This document shows, in pieces, positions 53,369-62,138 of a stretch of DNA of 64,000 bases. Both the position numbers and the translations under genes were made by a program. The notes below the pieces were generated by a model. The model did not search any database, had not been told where the DNA came from, and saw only the letters and a program-made list of their open reading frames with translations. The first letter of the stretch is position 1. Every line of letters begins with the position of its first letter. This DNA is from an uncultured virus (IMG/VR IMGVR_UViG_3300020577_012118) (lineage: Duplodnaviria; Heunggongvirae; Uroviricota; Caudoviricetes): IMG/VR virus record IMGVR_UViG_3300020577_012118; one strand, 5' to 3'.

Positions 53369-54063
53369 CAGCACCCCCCGCAGTTCGAGCATCGTGCGTC
53401 CGCGTCGTGCCAGGAGTCGCACTCCTGGCACCTGATACGGGCCGTCTCCGGCCGCTTCTGCCTGGCGGCGAAGTCGGCCAGGTTGCCGACCGTCTGGTGG
53501 ACGGTCCGCGTGCCGCCGTAGCGGCTGTAGCCGCGGGTGATTCGCATCTCGTGCGGCTGGTAGACGCGGACGAGCGTGCAGGCGGCGGTATCGACCCAGA
53601 ACGGGGCCATGCACCTGGTGTTGGTGAGGCGGCACCGTTTGCCGTCGCGCGATTCGGCGACGACGATGTACGGCTGATTCTTGTAGTTCACCTTCTTGAG
53701 CGCCCGCATGTTGCGGATCTCGTCCACCGTCTCGCTGCCGCGGACCAGTGACTCGGCGCGGGTGTTGCCGGCGTCGCCCAGGGCGTCGGCGACGATGCCC
53801 GCCGGCGTGTCGTTCGGTAGCCCCACGGAGGCGGCCGCCCGGACGCTCGCCGGCGTCGCCTCGACCAGGCCCAGCACGCCCTGGTTCAGCGTCGCGATCG
53901 CCTTCCGGGCCTTCTCCAGCTTGGCCTCGCCGAACCACCACAATTTCTTGTCGCGGTCGAAGTTGTCGCCCGTCAGGCCGATCAGATGTTTGGCCTCGTC
54001 CTTCTTGGAGAAGGGCAGGCCGTACAAATAGTAGCGGCGGCCTTCTTTCTTGATCTCGATCAT
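53368..54063 (-). CDS. Hypothetical protein with C-terminal Zn finger
   Basis: PFSKKDEAK...FDRDKKLWW; CQEC...CSNCGGC. Confidence 0.6.
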   Translation of the reverse strand: MIEIKKEGRRYYLYGLPFSKKDEAKHLIGLTGDNFDRDKKLWWFGEAKLEKARKAIATLNQGVLGLVEATPASVRAAASVGLPNDTPAGIVADALGDAGNTRAESLVRGSETVDEIRNMRALKKVNYKNQPYIVVAESRDGKRCRLTNTRCMAPFWVDTAACTLVRVYQPHEMRITRGYSRYGGTRTVHQTVGNLADFAARQKRPETARIRCQECDSWHDADARCSNCGGC

Positions 54064-54078
54064 CGCACTCCCTTTCGG

Positions 54079-54237
54079 TTATCCGTTCATCGAACAGTCG
54101 CGATCCATGAAGTCGTCATAGTCGTCGCCCATCTTGTCGTAGATGTCGCGCCAGTCGTCCGCCGTGCCCTCGACCGGGTTGGCCTGGTCGAGGTCGCAGA
54201 CGCACGGGTGGCAGAGGCAGTTCTCGCAAGGCTCCAT
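54079..54237 (-). CDS. Small acidic Cys-rich protein
   Basis: AAGGAG RBS; CENCLCHPCVC. Confidence 0.5.
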   Translation of the reverse strand: MEPCENCLCHPCVCDLDQANPVEGTADDWRDIYDKMGDDYDDFMDRDCSMNG

Positions 54238-54251
54238 GTCGTCTCCTTGGG

Positions 54252-54851
54252 TCAGTGGACGTTGCGGGGCTTGGTGTTGGGCACGATCGGCCCGGGCATG
54301 ACGGGCGGCACGAAGCCCTTGTTCAGGGCGACGTTCGCCGTCGAGAAGAACAGGTGACAGGTCAGCCGGTTCTCCCGCGGGATGCCCTGGCGGTCGCAAT
54401 CCTTGGCGTAGACGTCGATCTCCAGCCGGATCTTCGCGGCCGGGACGCCTCCGGAGAGCCACGCCAGGCACGTTTCCGCGGCACAGGCGCAGATCCCTCC
54501 TTCCGGCTTGACCGTTTTCATGAAGTGGACGATCAGTTCGGCGGCGACGTCTTCATCGTTGCCTTCGTCCGGCTTGAGCGCCTGGACCAGGACGTGCGTC
54601 CCCGTCTTGCCGTCCATGATCTCCGCCAGGTCGCGGAGGAACTTGGGGATCTCGTCGTTGCTCAGGGACGAGTAGGACACGGCAACGACCGGTGCCCCCT
54701 GGCCCATGCCCGACTTCGGGTCGGCGACCAGGCCGACGGCCATCACCGGGAGGGCGCTGCTCGCTTCGAGCGCCTTCCTCAGATTGAGGAACCGCTCCTC
54801 GAACGCTTCGGCGCGGACCTCTTCGTCTTCGATCACGAGATACTTGACCAT
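54252..54851 (-). CDS. Hypothetical protein
   Basis: Operon packing; globular. Confidence 0.55.
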   Translation of the reverse strand: MVKYLVIEDEEVRAEAFEERFLNLRKALEASSALPVMAVGLVADPKSGMGQGAPVVAVSYSSLSNDEIPKFLRDLAEIMDGKTGTHVLVQALKPDEGNDEDVAAELIVHFMKTVKPEGGICACAAETCLAWLSGGVPAAKIRLEIDVYAKDCDRQGIPRENRLTCHLFFSTANVALNKGFVPPVMPGPIVPNTKPRNVH

Positions 54852-54854
54852 CGC

Positions 54855-55694
54855 TCACATCTCCCAATCCGAAACGCGGCCGGTCTCGTCGCCGGCCTCG
54901 ACCGCCCGGAGAACGCTCTCCAGGTCGAACTTGTGGCGGAACAGGTGTCCCGTCCGCCTCTGCACACCAACGTACTCACGCAGGAGGGCAGGATCCTCCC
55001 GCCCGGCAATCACCAGGGCCTCGAACGGGGCGAACACGCAGAACTTGCAGGACAGCCGCGGCATGCCCATGTCGTAGACCCGGTGGTACGGGACGCCGCT
55101 CTGGTGGATGTCGCCCCACACCTGGCGGGCCGTCCATCCGTGGATCGGCAGCCAGACGTACACGCCGCGGTTCTTCGAGGAAGCCTTGTCGTCCCGGTAG
55201 AACGGCAGCATCTTGCTCCGCTTCGGCGATTCATCGGCACGCATCCCCATGACGTTGAGGAACGTGCAGTAGCAGCCGGCCTCCCGCTGCAACATGGTGA
55301 TCACGCGGCGGATCGGGCCGCGCTTGAAGTCGCTCGTGCAGTAGCGGTTCACGCTGTCCGGCCACATGCCCCGCTTCTCGATCGACTCCAGGAGGGACGG
55401 CTCCGCCCCCTCCTTGTTCCGGGCCTTGGTCACGACGAACCTCAGCCCGTAGCGTTTCGCGTGGTCGGCCGCAAGCTCCTTCGCGCCCGGCCACTCCATC
55501 ATCCCCAGGTCGGCGTGGACGGCGACCAGGCGGCGTCGGTCAACGCCGACCTGGTCGGCGACCTCGACGGCCCGCCGCATCGCCGTCTGACTGTCCTTGC
55601 CTCCCGACGTGTTGAGCAGCCAGTAGTGCGACCCCCGCAGCATATGCTCCGGCGGCAGGACGTCCGGCTTGCCGGACATTGGAAGCTCGATCAT
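54855..55694 (-). CDS. PAPS reductase family (PP-loop) protein
   Basis: SGGKDS, RYCTSDFKRGP, GMRADES..R, WLPIH.W, RLSCKFC. Confidence 0.85.
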   Translation of the reverse strand: MIELPMSGKPDVLPPEHMLRGSHYWLLNTSGGKDSQTAMRRAVEVADQVGVDRRRLVAVHADLGMMEWPGAKELAADHAKRYGLRFVVTKARNKEGAEPSLLESIEKRGMWPDSVNRYCTSDFKRGPIRRVITMLQREAGCYCTFLNVMGMRADESPKRSKMLPFYRDDKASSKNRGVYVWLPIHGWTARQVWGDIHQSGVPYHRVYDMGMPRLSCKFCVFAPFEALVIAGREDPALLREYVGVQRRTGHLFRHKFDLESVLRAVEAGDETGRVSDWEM

Positions 55695-55703
55695 GAGATG
55701 GCC

Positions 55704-55901
55704 TCACTCTGGCATGGTCAGCGCTTCTTCGAGCTTCCTGAAAATGTACGTCGCCTCGTCCGCCTGGTACTCGTCCAGAACTTCGATCGCCAGCCTCATG
55801 ATGAGGCTGGGCCGCCCCACGAGCATCTGCCGGGACAGCTTCGCGAACTGCCCGTCCGCCACCATCTTCATCCACAAGCCCATCCGGTCTCGCGGCGTCA
55901 C
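55704..55901 (-). CDS. Hypothetical protein
   Basis: GGAGGTG RBS. Confidence 0.5.
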   Translation of the reverse strand: MTPRDRMGLWMKMVADGQFAKLSRQMLVGRPSLIMRLAIEVLDEYQADEATYIFRKLEEALTMPE

Positions 55902-55904
55902 CGC

Positions 55905-56105
55905 TCACCTCCCGAAAAATCTCGCGGCCTTGCGGCCGCATCGTCCGCACGGGTCTGCCCCACACTGGTGGAGGCGGCCGCCGCACCATTCGCAGTAGGT
56001 GCGGCTCTTGACCAGCAGCGGCCCGCACCTCTTGCAGTGGCGCGGGTCCGCAACCTTCATCTCCGTCTTCGACCTTCCGCAGCCGCGACAGTAGGACCCT
56101 GGCAT
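55905..56105 (-). CDS. Small multi-CxxC protein
   Basis: CRGC, CKRC, CEWC, CGRC; GAGGAGG RBS. Confidence 0.5.
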   Translation of the reverse strand: MPGSYCRGCGRSKTEMKVADPRHCKRCGPLLVKSRTYCEWCGGRLHQCGADPCGRCGRKAARFFGR

Positions 56106-56656
56106 CACTGCCTCCTCGTTAGCCCGGCGATAATCGGCAGACCGTACTTCGTCGGCCACGCCTTCTTTGCAAAGATGCCCTGGATCAGTTGCCCGCGGGC
56201 AACCCGCTTGTCGTCCTGCTCCGTCAGCCAGTCGGCGTAGGCCATCCACGTTGCCACGTCCTCCGGGTCGGCGTGGATCCCCTCGATAAACACCGACTCG
56301 ATCCGGTTCATCGGGAGCGGGACCTCGTGCAGGCCCAGCGACCAGAGGACCTTGCGGGCCAGGTTGCCGATCGGTTCCGACCGGAACTCGTATTCGGCGT
56401 TGCGGCAATAGCGCAGGAACTTGTAGGCCGGGCCGATCATGTCGGGCAGCTTTAAGCCGAACGTACAGAACCAGACGTGCCCCTGGCGTCCCGACCACCG
56501 CTGCACCCACTTGGCCCCGAACAGGGGGGCGAACTCGTGATTCGCCCCCGCCCATGCCGAGGCCGGCACGGGCTGACTTCCTTCGATTTGCGGCAGGCCG
56601 GGGAACAGGATCCTTGCGCACCCCGGGTTGATGTCCGCCCTGAACGTCAGCGTCAT
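56105..56656 (-). CDS. TIGR02996-like domain protein
   Basis: FIEGIHADPEDVATWMAYADWLTEQDD.R..RGQLI. Confidence 0.75.
   Translation of the reverse strand: MTLTFRADINPGCARILFPGLPQIEGSQPVPASAWAGANHEFAPLFGAKWVQRWSGRQGHVWFCTFGLKLPDMIGPAYKFLRYCRNAEYEFRSEPIGNLARKVLWSLGLHEVPLPMNRIESVFIEGIHADPEDVATWMAYADWLTEQDDKRVARGQLIQGIFAKKAWPTKYGLPIIAGLTRRQ
56188..56203. promoter_or_regulatory. Palindromic site copy 6 (intragenic)
   Basis: GTTGCCCGCGGGCAAC. Confidence 0.5.
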
Positions 56657-59487
56657 AGCTCGATCCCCATGGCCGCCAGTTCGTCCGCCAGGTCGTCCAA
56701 CTCCTCGCCCATGTCCTCGCCGTCGAGGCGGGCCTCCAAGGCTTCGAGCATGTCTTCGTACTCGTCGCGGTCCGGCTCCTTGGCCCGGCCCGTCGCCTTG
56801 CGCTTCACCTCCGCCCCGCTCGTCACCTTCTGCCACGCCCTCACGCCCCCGTCCTCCTTGATGTTGTCGGCCAGCGACTTGGCCAGCGCCATCTCGATGT
56901 TACTATCGTCGCCTGCCATGGCCGCCAGGCCCTCGCTGGAGAAGTTCCCTTCCAGCGCCTGGGCCGCGGCCATCTTCTTGCCCATCAGGGCCATGGCCCT
57001 GGTCTGCATCGAGTCGGAGTAGCTCATGTACGCCACCTTGCACATCTTCTTCTGCCCGATCCGCCAGGCGCGTCGGGCCGCCTGGCGGAGCGTGAACAGC
57101 GAATACCCCGTCTGGTAGAAGAGGATCGAGCAGTAGTTGTGGCCGGTCGCCGGGTTGAAGAAATCCAACCCCGTCTGCACCAGCTGCGGGTGCGAGATGA
57201 TCACGTCATGGTCCTTTCCGTGGGCGTCGATCCACGCCTCACGATCCCGGGGGCTGACCTTGGCACGCATCACGGCGACCCGCAGGCCGGCCGCCTTCAT
57301 GAACCGTTCGAGGCGGGCGATACAGTCGCGCTTGTCGGTGTAGACCGCGTACACCCACGCCTGCCGCCCGGCGTCGCGCTCCTTGACGCACCACTCGACG
57401 GCCGCCTTCTCCTTCGGACGCATGACCGACGGGTCGAGGTTCTCAGGCACGGTCACCGTGACCCATCGCCTCTCGCCCATCCCGCTGGCGCTGTCCTCGT
57501 CGTCCTCGTAGTAGCCGATCGCCTCCCAGTCGTAGGGGTAGTCCGGGTAGCACAGCAGGCAGTTGAGCATGCTTCCCAGCGCCTTGCGGCCGCCCTTCTT
57601 CATCATGTCCTTGATGGCTTGCGTGATGTCGCGATCGACCTTCTCGTAGGCCGCCCGCTGCTCGTCGTCCATCGGAACCTCGATGGGCTCCTCGTCGAGG
57701 ACGGGGAGGTTTTCTGCGACCTCCGCCAGGGACAAGAAGACGCACGACCCCATCAGGTGCCGGAACAGCGTCGGCATGATTCCCGGGCGGGTGTACTTGG
57801 TGGTCGTCACCCCCTTCTTCGACCGCCCGTAGGTCATGCCCTTGCCCAGGTCGTCGGGCCGGTTGTCCTCCTTGAACTTGACCTTCTCCTCGATCCTGCC
57901 GAACTCCTCGTCGAAGCTCTGCTTGGCGTCCCACTCGTGCCCGGCTTCGATCAGGGACTGGGCGACGCCCATCCGGTACAGCCCGCAGCGGACGTGCCAG
58001 GCGTAGCCGCCGACGAGCGTGCCGGTCAGGCCGATGCACTTGCGGACGGCGGCCGCCACGTCCCCCATGGCGTCGCCCTGGAGCGAGTCGTCCCCCTTGT
58101 ACTCGTGGGCCTCGTCGAAGATGGCGATGTCCCAGAAGCCGCGGAGCCGCCGGTTGATGATCTCCGCCGGCGAGTACCGGGCCGGCTTGGGGATCGACTG
58201 CCAGAGTTGTTCGCCGCAGCGGTGACACTCCTTGCGGCTGGAACCCTTGGCGAAATACTTGTCCGGGATGGGGATCGTCTTGTTCGACTTCATCGTCAAC
58301 ACGCACCCGCAACCCGGACAGCGGTAGCGCCCGCCCTTCTCGCCCAGCGTCTTCTCCTTGACGTAGGCGTGCCGCCACTCGCTGCCCAGCTTGAGCTTGT
58401 CCTTGCCGATGACGTAGTAGGTGTACCCCTCGCACGTCTCGTAGCACGACTTGCGGGTGCGCAGCCCCTCGTTGATGATGGCCAACTCCTCGTTCGCCTG
58501 GTCGTCCTTGCCCTCCTTGCGCAGCTGGTACATCCGGTCGCCCCACTTGGGGAGGTCCCGCGAGATCGGCAGCAGTTCGCGGTACCGCCTGTTGTGCTCG
58601 TCCTTGCCGACGTTGAACTTCCGCCGGCGTTCGGCGTGCTGCCGGGCCAGGGCGAGGAGTTGGGCGTAGGAGTCGATCACGTACACCGTCGCCCCGGGCA
58701 CCGTCTTCTGCACCTCGCGGACCCACTTGTCCACGAGCGTCGTCGGGCAGACGACGAGCGCCCGGTAGCTGCCCTTGCAGACGTTGCGGAAGACGCGCGG
58801 CGAGTGGAGCACCCACTCCTGGGCCTTCTTGCCGGCCGCCTTCATGGCGACGCCGGCTGCCCCCGCCATGACGGCCGCACGGTGCGGGCTGCCGGCCTCC
58901 ATCCCCTTGTGGCTGACGACCCGCCCCTTGTACTCGCCGGCGGGCGTCACCTCCCAGCACGTGGCCTTGCGGTTCCACACGGGCGTCAGGCCCGGCACCC
59001 CGATCGTGTTGCCTCCGCCGTTGACGTAGCGCTTTCCGCGGTACGTGAACGGCTGGATTCGTATCGTGCCGTGTTTGTGGTCGCCGGGCGACGTGTGCGC
59101 CTTCTCGATCTCCGCGTAGAGCGCCTCGCCGACGTCGATGTACGGGCCGTAGGTCTTGACGTCCTTGGCCTCGCCGTCGGCCGGGAAGAACCGCCTGGCG
59201 TGATTCGTGTAGCGTTCCAGGCCGTAGCCGTGAGCCGCCCCGATCGCCATGATCGTCTTGCCGGTGCCCATCTCCGCCGTCGGCTGCACGGCCTTGGCCC
59301 GGCGGAGTTGCTTGATGGAGGCTTCGATCACGTGCTTCTGGGCGTCGAACGGCTCACGCATCAGGCCCAGATCTCGCACCTTGTCCCGCCCGGGGACGTG
59401 CAGAGGGGCCAGCGTCTTACGGGCCTTGTCGGCGAGGATGTCGCCGTACTCCATCAGGAAATCGTCGAGCGTCTTGCAGTTGAACAT
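56653..59487 (-). CDS. SF2 (SNF2-like) helicase
   Basis: AEMGTGKT, LVVCP..L..KW.RE, DEAH, LTGT, LVQTGLD, RQAARRAWRIGQ. Confidence 0.85.
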   Translation of the reverse strand: MFNCKTLDDFLMEYGDILADKARKTLAPLHVPGRDKVRDLGLMREPFDAQKHVIEASIKQLRRAKAVQPTAEMGTGKTIMAIGAAHGYGLERYTNHARRFFPADGEAKDVKTYGPYIDVGEALYAEIEKAHTSPGDHKHGTIRIQPFTYRGKRYVNGGGNTIGVPGLTPVWNRKATCWEVTPAGEYKGRVVSHKGMEAGSPHRAAVMAGAAGVAMKAAGKKAQEWVLHSPRVFRNVCKGSYRALVVCPTTLVDKWVREVQKTVPGATVYVIDSYAQLLALARQHAERRRKFNVGKDEHNRRYRELLPISRDLPKWGDRMYQLRKEGKDDQANEELAIINEGLRTRKSCYETCEGYTYYVIGKDKLKLGSEWRHAYVKEKTLGEKGGRYRCPGCGCVLTMKSNKTIPIPDKYFAKGSSRKECHRCGEQLWQSIPKPARYSPAEIINRRLRGFWDIAIFDEAHEYKGDDSLQGDAMGDVAAAVRKCIGLTGTLVGGYAWHVRCGLYRMGVAQSLIEAGHEWDAKQSFDEEFGRIEEKVKFKEDNRPDDLGKGMTYGRSKKGVTTTKYTRPGIMPTLFRHLMGSCVFLSLAEVAENLPVLDEEPIEVPMDDEQRAAYEKVDRDITQAIKDMMKKGGRKALGSMLNCLLCYPDYPYDWEAIGYYEDDEDSASGMGERRWVTVTVPENLDPSVMRPKEKAAVEWCVKERDAGRQAWVYAVYTDKRDCIARLERFMKAAGLRVAVMRAKVSPRDREAWIDAHGKDHDVIISHPQLVQTGLDFFNPATGHNYCSILFYQTGYSLFTLRQAARRAWRIGQKKMCKVAYMSYSDSMQTRAMALMGKKMAAAQALEGNFSSEGLAAMAGDDSNIEMALAKSLADNIKEDGGVRAWQKVTSGAEVKRKATGRAKEPDRDEYEDMLEALEARLDGEDMGEELDDLADELAAMGIEL

Positions 59488-59507
59488 CGCACTCTCCCTA
59501 TAGAAAG

Positions 59508-59533
59508 GGCCGTTTGCCCATGGGCAAACGGCC
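59508..59533. promoter_or_regulatory. Palindromic site copy 7 (intergenic, upstream of helicase)
   Basis: Perfect 26-bp palindrome GGCCGTTTGCCCATGGGCAAACGGCC. Confidence 0.7.
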
Positions 59534-59554
59534 TTACCCGTCGTCGCGGACCCG

Positions 59555-60157
59555 TCACTTCTTGGCCTTGGCCTCCAACTCCTTCCTCCGCCGCTCCGAA
59601 CGCAGATGCGAGACGATCTCCTTCCGCCGTGCGGGCGTCGTCGGGGCGAGCAGGAGGTCCGGCGTCAGGCCGTCGAGCAGGGCGCACAGCGAGTCAAGCA
59701 TCGACGTGAAGGAAACCATGCCCGGCTCGTACTTGGCGATCGGCGGCAGGAGTCCCTTGGCCCGCTTCCTCTGCTCACGCTTCGACGGATCGACGTCGGC
59801 ACAGTGGTCGAGCATGAACTCGAACACCTCTTCCGGGACGTTCGAGCATTCGGGTCCGGACCCTTCGGCGATCGACAGTTCGCCGAACCAGTAGAAGTTC
59901 GACCGGCCCTCGTTGAACCAGTAGTAGGGGCACAGCTTGCCGATCATCAGGTACTCCAGGCGGGCCAGCTGTTCGGCCCCGGGGTAGCCGATTTGGTGGT
60001 CGTCCATGTGGTCACGCAGGGCGAGCATCGCCAGGGCCTTCGACAGGTCGGCGTCCACGCCCGCCTCCGCGGCCGCCTTAGCGGCTTCGGTGAACTCCTC
60101 CGCCGCGTCCTTGAGCATCTGCTGCTGCACCCGATCGAGTTGTTCGAAGAACATCAC
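59555..60157 (-). CDS. Hypothetical protein
   Basis: Helical ORF with GGGGGAG RBS; GTG start. Confidence 0.6.
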   Translation of the reverse strand: MMFFEQLDRVQQQMLKDAAEEFTEAAKAAAEAGVDADLSKALAMLALRDHMDDHQIGYPGAEQLARLEYLMIGKLCPYYWFNEGRSNFYWFGELSIAEGSGPECSNVPEEVFEFMLDHCADVDPSKREQRKRAKGLLPPIAKYEPGMVSFTSMLDSLCALLDGLTPDLLLAPTTPARRKEIVSHLRSERRRKELEAKAKK

Positions 60158-60169
60158 ATCTCCCCCTTG

Positions 60170-60793
60170 TCAGTCCGCGACGCGGACAGTCCCCTTCTTC
60201 ACCAGGTCCATAGCCACTTCGTCGAGATACTTGTCGTCGGCCAGCACCAGGGCGGCGTTGATCGGGCCGCGGTTGCCGGCGTCCACGATCCTCTGGTCCT
60301 TCTCCATCCGGGCGACCACTTCGGCCAGCCAACGCTCGTCGAGCGGCGTCGTGGTGTGAAGCTGCAAGTAACGCCAGACGGCCTGGTGGCAGCGGTTGAC
60401 CAGAAGCGTCTTGCGCTTGCTGATCGCCACCAGGTGGAAGTGCCCGTCGCCGACCGCCTTGGTTCTGACGGCGTAACCTTCGGAGTCGGCACCCGACGTC
60501 TCCGTCCGGCCCTGCTTGCCGGCCTTCTCGAACGGGCAGTAGTGGAACTGGATGCCCCGCCCGACCTGGAGAGCCGCCCGGAAGGCCCGGACCTCCGTGC
60601 TGGTGCCGATCGCCGACATCACGAGCAGCGAGCGGGTGTAGCTCGTGTCGATGGCCACGCGATCGACACGCAGGCTGAACCCGCACGCCTCCGACTCGAT
60701 CGTCAGCTTGCCGATGACCCCGGGGTGGCCGGGGCGGGGAACCCGGGAGACTTTGCCGCCAGGTACGCCCGGTAAATCCTTGGTCTCGACCAT
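60170..60793 (-). CDS. Hypothetical protein upstream of the helicase
   Basis: LLVMSAIG.ST.VRAFRA.L...VWRYL...TTTPL...W; start uncertain. Confidence 0.55.
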   Translation of the reverse strand: MVETKDLPGVPGGKVSRVPRPGHPGVIGKLTIESEACGFSLRVDRVAIDTSYTRSLLVMSAIGTSTEVRAFRAALQVGRGIQFHYCPFEKAGKQGRTETSGADSEGYAVRTKAVGDGHFHLVAISKRKTLLVNRCHQAVWRYLQLHTTTPLDERWLAEVVARMEKDQRIVDAGNRGPINAALVLADDKYLDEVAMDLVKKGTVRVAD

Positions 60794-61479
60794 TTCTTGC
60801 CCTTTCCCGTGAGGATGCCGGCCGCCATGAAGGCGAGCCAAATCTGATCGAACGTCTTGCCTTCTTCCTCGTGCAGACGCACCACCTGGTGCATCGCATC
60901 GACCTCGCGGTCGTCCCAGACGAGGCGCTTCTGCCCCTTCGGGCCGTCGTACCTCTGCCCCAGGCCCGGGGCACCGGCCGCACGGCCCTGGGCCTTTCGG
61001 AACTGCATGACCTCCCTGGTCCGCTCCGCGATCATCTCCCGCTCCGCCTGGGCGAACTGGGCCATGAGCCGGATATACAGCCGGCCCGGGGCGGTGCCGG
61101 TGGTGATCTTGTCGCGGACCAGGTGGACCGTCACGCCCCGCTCGATCCAGTCCTCCAGCGTCGCCACGGCGTCACGGAAGGACCGGAAGCCGCGGGCGAT
61201 GTCGAGCATGACGACGTGATCGCCGGTCCGGACCCGGGCCGCCAGTTCGCCGCCGGCGGGCCTCCTGGCGAACGGCACCCTGCCCGACACGCCCGACCGA
61301 TCTCCGGTCGTCTTGTCGATGAAGATGCCGCCGTCCGAAGTGCCCATGGGCAAATGGTCGGCCATGTACTTCGAGACCATCGACTTCTGGCACTCGATCG
61401 AATGCCCGTCGTCCGCCTGGCCGGCCGTCGAGACCCGGACGTATCCGTAGCCGACGGGCTTCCTTGTCGTGACGCTCAC
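60703..61479 (-). CDS. Serine recombinase (resolvase/invertase family)
   Basis: YGYVRVST..Q, GVSG, RRP, GD.VV...ARGFRS, FAQAEREMIAERT. Confidence 0.9.
   Translation of the reverse strand: MSVTTRKPVGYGYVRVSTAGQADDGHSIECQKSMVSKYMADHLPMGTSDGGIFIDKTTGDRSGVSGRVPFARRPAGGELAARVRTGDHVVMLDIARGFRSFRDAVATLEDWIERGVTVHLVRDKITTGTAPGRLYIRLMAQFAQAEREMIAERTREVMQFRKAQGRAAGAPGLGQRYDGPKGQKRLVWDDREVDAMHQVVRLHEEEGKTFDQIWLAFMAAGILTGKGKKWSRPRIYRAYLAAKSPGFPAPATPGSSAS
61340..61354. promoter_or_regulatory. Palindromic site copy 8 (1 mismatch, inside recombinase gene)
   Basis: GTGCCCATGGGCAAA. Confidence 0.5.
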
Positions 61480-61853
61480 GTTTCCCCCCTATCGTCGTCC
61501 GAGGCGACCATGACGGCGTCGTCCCACGACAGCCCCTGACGCTCGCCCTCGCCGCCGACGGGGATGGGTCCGTCGATCGCCATGTGGGGCATCAGCGACA
61601 CTCTGCTCACGACCCAGGAGTCGCCGCTCTCGACGATCTCCTCCATCCACGCCGTCCCGCAACCTCCGTCACAGCGGGTGATCGAGTACATCAGGACGAC
61701 CCGGTCACCATTCGCCGTCCGGACCTCGCCCCAGTCCAGCTGCTCCCAGGCCCACTCGCTTGCCCCGCAGCCCGGACACCCGGAGCCGCGTTCGGCGACG
61801 TACCGGTTACAGGCCAAGGCCCACTGGACCTTGTTCTTCTTCAACGCTCCCAC
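61476..61853 (-). CDS. NKV Zn-ribbon family member 1
   Basis: KNKVQ...CPGCG...CDGGC..W. Confidence 0.65.
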   Translation of the reverse strand: MGALKKNKVQWALACNRYVAERGSGCPGCGASEWAWEQLDWGEVRTANGDRVVLMYSITRCDGGCGTAWMEEIVESGDSWVVSRVSLMPHMAIDGPIPVGGEGERQGLSWDDAVMVASDDDRGET

Positions 61854-61856
61854 CGT

Positions 61857-62105
61857 TCACTCCTTATGCACGGCCTCATCGACACCCTCGACCATCACCG
61901 TTTGCCCATGGGCAGTTTCCACCGTTTCCTTCCAGAGCGCCCTGCACCGTCTGCACCGGTAGATCACTTTCCAGTGGGCGTCGCCGTCCGGGATGCCTCC
62001 CGGCCGTTCGACCTCAGTCCACATCTCCGGGAAGGCCCCGCACCCCGGGCATGCAATGGCCTTCTCGTTCAGGTAGGCGACTACCTGAACCTTGTTGAGC
62101 CTCAT
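61857..62105 (-). CDS. NKV Zn-ribbon family member 2
   Basis: LNKVQ...CPGCG...CRRC..W; GGGGGAG RBS. Confidence 0.7.
   Translation of the reverse strand: MRLNKVQVVAYLNEKAIACPGCGAFPEMWTEVERPGGIPDGDAHWKVIYRCRRCRALWKETVETAHGQTVMVEGVDEAVHKE
61901..61915. promoter_or_regulatory. Palindromic site copy 9 (1 mismatch, intragenic)
   Basis: TTTGCCCATGGGCAG. Confidence 0.5.
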
Positions 62106-62138
62106 CGGCTCCCCCTTTCTGTCTCCAATGGTGAGGCA

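Noticed and set aside
58770..59225. Intein in the helicase
   Set aside because: No Cys/Ser start with a His-Asn end and no LAGLIDADG motifs; treated as a domain insertion.
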